Assembly (NCBI GenBank): GCA_038087875.1
Contig: CM075995.1
Location: 310,001 to 374,000 of the forward strand
DNA length: 64,000 bases
Source of the DNA: Malacoraja senta
Lineage: Eukaryota
Direction of reading: 5' to 3'
Shown: positions 62,235 to 64,000 of the stretch, in pieces
Layout of the letters: every line of letters starts with the position of its first letter
How positions within the stretch are numbered: position 1 is the first letter of the stretch
Position numbers and translations under genes: made by a program
Notes under the pieces: model-generated
Told to the model about the DNA's origin: nothing
The model's database searches: none
The model's input: the letters and a program-made list of their open reading frames with translations, nothing else

Positions 62235-63775
62235 ATAGACAATAGACAATAGACAATAGGTGCAGGAGCCAGCACCGCCATTCAATGTGATCATGGCTGA
62301 TCATCCCCAATCAGTACCCCGTTCCTGCCTTCTCCCCATATCCCCTGACTCTGCAATTTTTAAGCCCTATCTAGCTCTCTCTTGAAAGCATCCAGAGAAC
62401 CTGCCTCCACCGCCCTCTGAGGCAGAGAATTCCACAGACTCACCACTCTCTGTGAGAAAATGTGTTTCCTCGTCTCCGTTCTAAATGACTTACTCCTTAT
62501 TCTTAAACTGTGGCCCCTGGTTCTGGACTCCCCCAACATCGGGAACATGTTTCCTACCTCTAGCGTGTCCAAGCCCTTAACAATCTTATATGTTTCAATG
62601 AGATTCCCTCTCATCCTTCTAAATTCCAGAGTGTACAAGCCCAGCTGCTCCTTTCTCTCAGCACATGACAGTCCCGCCATCCCGGGAATTAACCTTGTAA
62701 ACCTACGCTGCACTCCCTCAATAGCAAGAATGTCCTTCCTCAAATTAGGGGACCAAAACTGCACACAATAGTCCAGGTGTGGTCTCACTGGGGCTCTGTA
62801 CAACTGCAGAAGGACCTCTTCGCTCCTATATTCGATTCCTCTTGTTATAAAGGCCAACATGCCATTCGCTTTCTTCACTGCCTGCTGTACCTGCATGCTT
62901 ACTTTCATAGACAGATGTACAAGGACCCCCAGATCCCTTTGTACTTCCCCTTTTCCCAATTTGACGCCATTTAGATAGTAATCTGCCTTCCTGTTTTTGC
63001 TACCAAAGTGGATAACCTCACACTTATCCGCATTAAACTTAATCTGCCATGCATCTGCCCACTCCCCCAACCTGTCCAAGTCACCCTGCATTCTCATAGC
63101 ATCCTCCTCACAGTTCACACTGACACCCAGCTTTGTGTCATCTGTAAATTAGCTAATGTTACTTTGAATCCCTTCATCCAAATCATTGATGTATATTGTA
63201 AATAGTTGCGGTCCCAGCACCGAGCCAGGTACACTACATCCACTGGCTCTCCCTTAACCATTTTCCTAGTTACATCTTCAAAAAATTCCAGAAGATTAGT
63301 CAAGCATGATTTCCCCTTCGTAAATCCATGCTGACTCGGACCGATCCTGTTACTGCTATCCAAATGTTCGGCTATCTCATCTTTTATAATTGACTCCAGC
63401 ATCTTCCCCACCATCGATGTCAGGCTAACTGGTCTATAATTCACTGTTTTCTCTCTCCCGCCTTTCTTAAAAAGTGGGATAACATTAGCTACCCTCCAAT
63501 CCACAGGAACTGATCCTGAGTCAATAGAACATTGGAAAATCATCACCAATGCATCCACGAAATCTAGAGCCACTTCCTTAAGTACCCTGGGATGCAGACC
63601 ATCAGGCCCTGGGGATTCATCAGCCTTCAGTCCCATCAGTCTATCCAACACCATTTCCTGCCTAATGTGGATTTCCTTCAGTTCCTCTGTCACCCCAGAT
63701 CCTCTGACCACTACTATATCGGGAAGATTGTTTGTGTCCTCCTTAGTGAAGACGGATCCAAAGTACCTGTTCAAC
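62235..63775 (-). mobile_element. CR1-clade LINE ORF2 fragment with an internal deletion in the RT
   Basis: SPGPDGLHPRVLKE, NYRPVSLTS, QHGFTKGKSCLTNL; jumps from DVVYL directly to the VLGPQLF region; (tattgtc)n tail. Confidence 0.93.
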
Positions 63776-64000
63776 TGCAGTTCCTTTCTACACAATATTT
63801 ATCATTTATCTGCCCAAATTTCCAATTGTTCCATATCCTCACTATCCACAACTCCAGCAATGTTTCTGTCATAGAGTCTTACAGCATGGAAACAAGCCCT
63901 CTGGCCCAACAGAGTCATAGAGTGATACAGTGTGGAAACAGGCCCTTCGCACCTAACTTGCCTTCACTGGCCAACATGTCCCAGCTACATTAGTCCCACC

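Noticed and set aside
56077..64000. Preceding KIF13A motor exon (VPYRDSVLTWLLK)
   Set aside because: Not found by eye; presumably beyond the window end.

Overview
Vertebrate genomic DNA, most likely from a cartilaginous fish (skate/ray). This is inferred from the HE1/V-SINE-like tRNA SINEs, abundant CR1-type LINEs and Penelope-like repeats. The whole window appears to lie inside one minus-strand gene, kinesin-3 KIF13A. I traced 15 coding exons with GT-AG boundaries and consistent phases, from the end of the motor domain (56076) through the neck coil, FHA domain and stalk to a 33-nt microexon (5734). One expected exon is absent and probably lies in the N gap at 9938-10137. The introns are a dense nested mosaic of CR1, Rex1/Babar, L1, RTE, Penelope-like, SINE, solo-LTR and MITE sequences. 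Highlights: (1) small fold-back Penelope-derived inserts with 13-15 bp TSDs, built around a minimal hammerhead-ribozyme motif; (2) a MITE family with shared termini and unrelated interiors, twice inserted at the same SINE position; (3) a TE-supplied branch point and polypyrimidine tract for a coding exon; (4) a ~96% identical inverted duplication 40 kb apart; (5) a minisatellite born at a CR1 5' junction; (6) candidate extra microexons. Most repeat boundaries are approximate and family names come from recognition, not database search.
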